Shown: piece after piece, positions 29,345 to 32,902 of the stretch
Position numbering within the stretch: position 1 is the stretch's first letter
Layout: every line of letters begins with the position of its first letter
From: Candidatus Altimarinota bacterium
Lineage (GTDB): Bacteria; Patescibacteriota; Gracilibacteria; BD1-5; UBA2023
DNA length: 32,902 bases
Reading direction: 5' to 3'
NCBI GenBank assembly: GCA_008015855.1
Contig: SSGK01000009.1
Span: 1-32,902 of the forward strand
The notes under the pieces: generated by a model
Told to the model about the DNA's origin: nothing
The model's database searches: none
Seen by the model: only the letters and a program-made list of their open reading frames with translations
Made by a program: the position numbers and the translations under genes

Positions 29345-31405
29345 TTATTTTGCTTGAGCTGTGTATGCACCATCCCAATTATCTGGAGGGATTCATTCAT
29401 AGGTCTCAATTCTATCCAAGAAAATATGTGCTACAGAATCTCAACATTCTTTTACCTGAAGAAATTGTTCTTTTGCCCTTTGGAAATCTCCATCAATATA
29501 ATAAGCAAGGGCGGTCTCAAACAAATTAATCCTTTCCTTCTCTTGGTGTGATATATCCGGCTTTCGTCCTACTAATTCGTAAAGAAATGTGGTTTGTAAT
29601 TTTCACTTTACCCGTACCTTATCCAGCTTACGAAAGATAAAATCTGAATCTTGTAAGCTGAGTGCAATTTGTTCACTGACACATATTTTCGTTCCATACA
29701 CCTTATTAATTCATTCAAGTCGAGATGCGGTATTTACTGTATCACCAATAGCGGTATACTCTATCTTTTTTCATGCTCTTCCAATATTTCAGACAATAGC
29801 ATCTCCTGTATGAATTCCCATACGAACAGAGATTTCGAATCAAAATAATTTTTTAATTTCCGGATTCAAATTTCGAATACTCTCTTGTTGTCTTAATGCA
29901 GATTCACATGCATTTTCATACTGTTTTTCATCTGGTAATAGCGCTCCCCAGAGAGCCATGATGGCGTCTCATTCATACTTATTAATAAATCCGTTGGTAT
30001 CAAGGATACAATCCGAGGTTTTCTCGAGATACATTCAAAGGAATTGCATCAGTTCACTCGCAGGAAGCGATTCTGAAAGAGTCGTAAATCATTCGATATC
30101 GGAGAAAAACACAGTAATATTTTTACGAGCTCATCAGAGTTCCAATGCTTCATAATTCTCAAGTACGCTCGTTACAAGTTCTTCTGCGAGATATTGTGAG
30201 AGAGCTCCTTTGAGGATTCTTTTCCCCTTTTCCTCGATAAGGTATTTGTAAAGTGAGGTGAGAATCCCTGTCAGGATAATAGAAAAGAATACTTCTATGA
30301 AATAATTGAATGTCAGGTGGAAATATGTAAATATCGCAACAACGGATACATACGTCATGAAGAATGCTGCAAAAATAAATCCCGCTTCTGCAATTCGATT
30401 ACGAAGAAAAAAACTAACGAATGAGAGAAGGAATATAAATGCTACGAGAAATATCCATTCAATACGAGGATCAATCACTCGTATCATACTTTTATCCAGT
30501 ATGGTCTGGATAAAATTCGCATGAACATACACTCAGGGCATAACTCAAACCGGAGTGAGTCGTTCGTCAAACGTAGTTGCTGAAAAACCAAGGAGTACTA
30601 TCTTTCCGTCTACTGCCCCTTTTGGAATGATGCCATTATAAACATCCAAGAAAGAGAGTGTTGTAAAATCAGAGTATCGAGAAATAAATTGAGAAAGAAT
30701 CACATTGGAATCGGTATACGCCAATGGAAGAATAGAATATATATCCTTATGAAAACGGTAATACCCTGTTCCATACCTTCCAGAAAATGGAGTATCGGTA
30801 TTTATCTTGTTATCAAGGTATTTTCGGGTTACTGCCAGAGAAAACGATTCATACGTTTTCCCGCTCATTGTTTCCTGTGGAATGAAGCCAACATTTGCCG
30901 ATGTATAATAATCTTCGTAAGGATGAACACTTCCGATTCATACTGATCCAAGAGTCAAAGATGAAAGTGGCAATGCTTCTCGGGTGTATCCGAGAATAAC
31001 ATTCTGTGCTCAGGATATACTCTTTGCAAGAATGATATCATCTTGTCCATTATCTCGAAGAGAAGGTTCCGAAAAGAGTAAGTCAATCCCTACTACGCTC
31101 GCCCCATTCTTTTTTAAGATATCGATTACCTGAGCATAGTATGATCGTCGAAAATCCTGCCATCTTCCGAGTCATCCACTTGCATTCAATGTCTTTTCAT
31201 CAATAGCCACAATAACAATATCATCTCGCGGAGCATCTTCCGAAAATCCAGCAACGAGCATCATCGTAACACTGTGATTTGCCCAGGAAAGAAAATGAGA
31301 AATATGAAACAATGGCGTTACACGGAGTAACACCATTGTCATGGTAATAACAATACTAATAGCGATTGCTGCGAAAATATGATTATCAAGAAGTTTCTGT
31401 TTCAT
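29345..31405 (-). CDS. CHASE2 sensor domain / class III adenylate-guanylate cyclase (686 aa)
   Basis: Track ORFs 31172..31405, 30545..30868 and 30134..30532 and the fragment-free 29345-30133 share one frame under table 25. N-terminal TM plus periplasmic CHASE2-like region (IVIVAIDEKTL...VVGIDLLF...), three or four TM helices, then cyclase core ITVFFSDIE-G-FTTLSE, KYE-G-DAIMALWG, VRMGIHTGDAIV, YTAIGDTVNTASRLE-G. TAA stop at 29345-29347. Confidence 0.88.
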
Positions 31406-31413
31406 GACAATAA

Positions 31414-32661
31414 TTATTTATTATATTTTTCTGCCGTATTCCAGAGAGTTTCTAACATATTCTGTGTTCATTTGTTTGCATCTTCGATAAATCCACCAAC
31501 CGCATCAATTGTTTTCGTTGGATCATTCATTATATCTTCTATGGTTTTGAGGCTCTTCTTATAATCAAATGAGGAAAATTGATTCTTAAGTTCTTCTATT
31601 GCCTTCGTTGGATGAAAGGTTTCGATTGATTTCTCAAGAGCTCATTTGAGTTCAGGATGCATATAAGAATCATAGAGAGCACCTCGTGCAAGGGCATCAG
31701 AAAACTTATACTGTTCCTTTTCTGGAATCATCTGAAACAATGCAGCACGTACTTTTATCTTCATTTCTACGACCTCTCTGGTATTTCCAAGTACGGATAA
31801 ATCCTGATAGAACCGAAGGAGTGCCTCCTCACTCATCGATTCGAGTGATTGTACTGAATCTTTTCCATATGATTCTGCATAAGAAATAGTTATACGGAAG
31901 GAATCAAAGAATGAAAGTATCCAGAGTGAAATCCTATCAATAAAGTTCTTTGGTGCGAGTTTTACCATGTAATCATCCAATTTCTTCTTTAACTGAACCC
32001 TGTAAATTTCATCAAATTTTGTATTGAGATAAATCCATGTTGGATCAAGAATATCAGATTTCAAGCGTTCAAAAATATTTGACACTCGCGCCACTTCTCC
32101 GGAAATAAGCGTTGTGGTTTGTTTTGCATCATTCTCGAGCGTGACAGCATGATCCACAGAATGGATATAATCATTCTCAAGATCAATTTCATAAATGGTT
32201 CCTCGAACGGCAGCAGTCACTCTCTGACTTGGAATACGCGTAACAAAGTATGAATTTCCAAAAAGCGTACGAACCACATTGGTCCAGATTTTTCCCTGTT
32301 CAATACGATTCGCAATACGGATTTCTGTTAAGTCACGATTTACCATCACTTCTTCGATTACGAGTCGTGTATTTTCCGCCATACGAACCACACTTCCATC
32401 TGGATACACAATCGAGGCAATTCATTCGTATGTTACGAGTGTATCATTCTTTTCAAGAGAGTACTGTTCATCCTGTGAGACGGTAATCTTGAGATCACCG
32501 CGAAGCACGATGGTCTCCCCTGAAAGGGTATATACATACGGATCCGTTAGGCCATCCGCATGTAAGAGTATAGAATATTTATAAACACTCCAACCTATAA
32601 GTGAAACAATGAGAAGGAGGAGGGAGAGGATAATTCCAAACATGAGAGATCGAGAGTTCAT
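31414..32661 (-). CDS. FecR-domain protein with N-terminal membrane anchor (415 aa)
   Basis: Track ORFs 32422..32661 and 31642..32409 are in frame via TGA 32422-32424. TM FGIILSLLLLIVSLIGW; FecR-like beta segment IASIVYPDGSVVRMAENTRLVIEEV...AAVRGTIYEI. Read through TGA 31642-31644 and 31468-31470 to TAA 31414-31416, 8 nt before the cyclase start. Confidence 0.75.
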
Positions 32662-32729
32662 ATAAAAAAGTGGAAAAAATAGAGATTATGCATATTCTAC
32701 ACCAAATCGTTTATAATTGGAAATTTTCA

Positions 32730-32902
32730 TGCAATCTCGCTACCGTAGCATACTCATTGGAATCATTCTGGTAATTATCTATATAATTTACCTTATTATT
32801 ATTGATACCTATCGAAATTTTCAGAAAGATACCTATATTGAATACCTCACTGAAAAAAATACAACAGTCCAGGATACCATTGATAATAAGCGTGCTTATA
32901 AT
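32730..32902 (+). CDS. hypothetical membrane protein, N-terminal fragment (runs off window)
   Basis: ATG 32730-32732 gives MQSRYRSILIGIILVIIYIIYLIIIDTYRNFQKDTYIEYL..., open to the window edge and divergent from the FecR gene. Confidence 0.4.

Noticed and set aside
1-32902. Alternative reassignment UGA = Trp (table 4, Mycoplasma-like), given the AT-rich sequence.
   Set aside because: TGA aligns with invariant Gly (HPHGGGEG, VLGGS, KKGP, GPSGSGK, DDFGTG), never with conserved Trp. TGG is used at Trp positions.
1-32902. Search for tRNA/rRNA genes, CRISPR repeat arrays, IS elements or long direct repeats in intergenic gaps (1353-1458, 9257-9438, 20577-20641, 22513-22571, 23292-23351, 27783-27862, 32662-32729).
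   Set aside because: The gaps are short and AT-rich. They contain only hairpin terminators or promoter-like hexamers. I could see no cloverleaf-compatible segments, repeat-spacer periodicity or terminal inverted repeats.

Overview
AT-rich bacterial chromosomal segment that is only coherent under translation table 25 (UGA = Gly). In-frame TGA codons fall on invariant glycines of ribosomal proteins L2, L14, L16, S3 and S19, an ABC Walker A loop, an EAL DDFGTG motif and TlyA. This points to a Gracilibacteria/Absconditabacteria (SR1)-type Candidate Phyla Radiation genome. The supplied standard-code ORF track therefore fragments many genes. Retranslated by hand, I find 38 protein-coding genes and no rRNA, tRNA, CRISPR or mobile elements. 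Layout: (1) 1-2355: truncated ABC exporter (-), FlaR-like P-loop kinase (+), 126-aa orphan ORF (-). (2) 2444-9256 (-): two tandem giant genes of 942 and 1324 codons with no domain I recognise. They lack a Sec-type N-terminus, carry Gly/Ala-rich hydrophobic hairpin clusters, and are bracketed by hairpin terminators. This is the best candidate for an undescribed, lineage-specific membrane or host-interaction module. (3) 9439-20438 (-): DnaQ-like exonuclease, secY, then a contiguous S10/spc ribosomal block rplC-rplD-rplW-rplB-rpsS-rplV-rpsC-rplP-rpmC-rpsQ-rplN-rplX-rplE-rpsN-rpsH-rplF-rplR-rpsE-rplO. The block has no rpmD (L30), no rpsJ upstream, and its own promoter and leader. (4) 20642-22512 (-): a TM-PAS-GGDEF(degenerate)-EAL gene broken by a frame change inside the GGDEF domain. 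(5) 22572-29289 (+): tlyA, yebC, a 140-aa orphan, a PriA-N-terminal-like protein without helicase motifs, a class B penicillin-binding protein, a sortase and a small membrane protein. (6) 29345-32661 (-): FecR-domain protein followed by a CHASE2/class III nucleotide cyclase. (7) A partial membrane ORF at the right edge. All coordinates come from hand translation and include stop codons.
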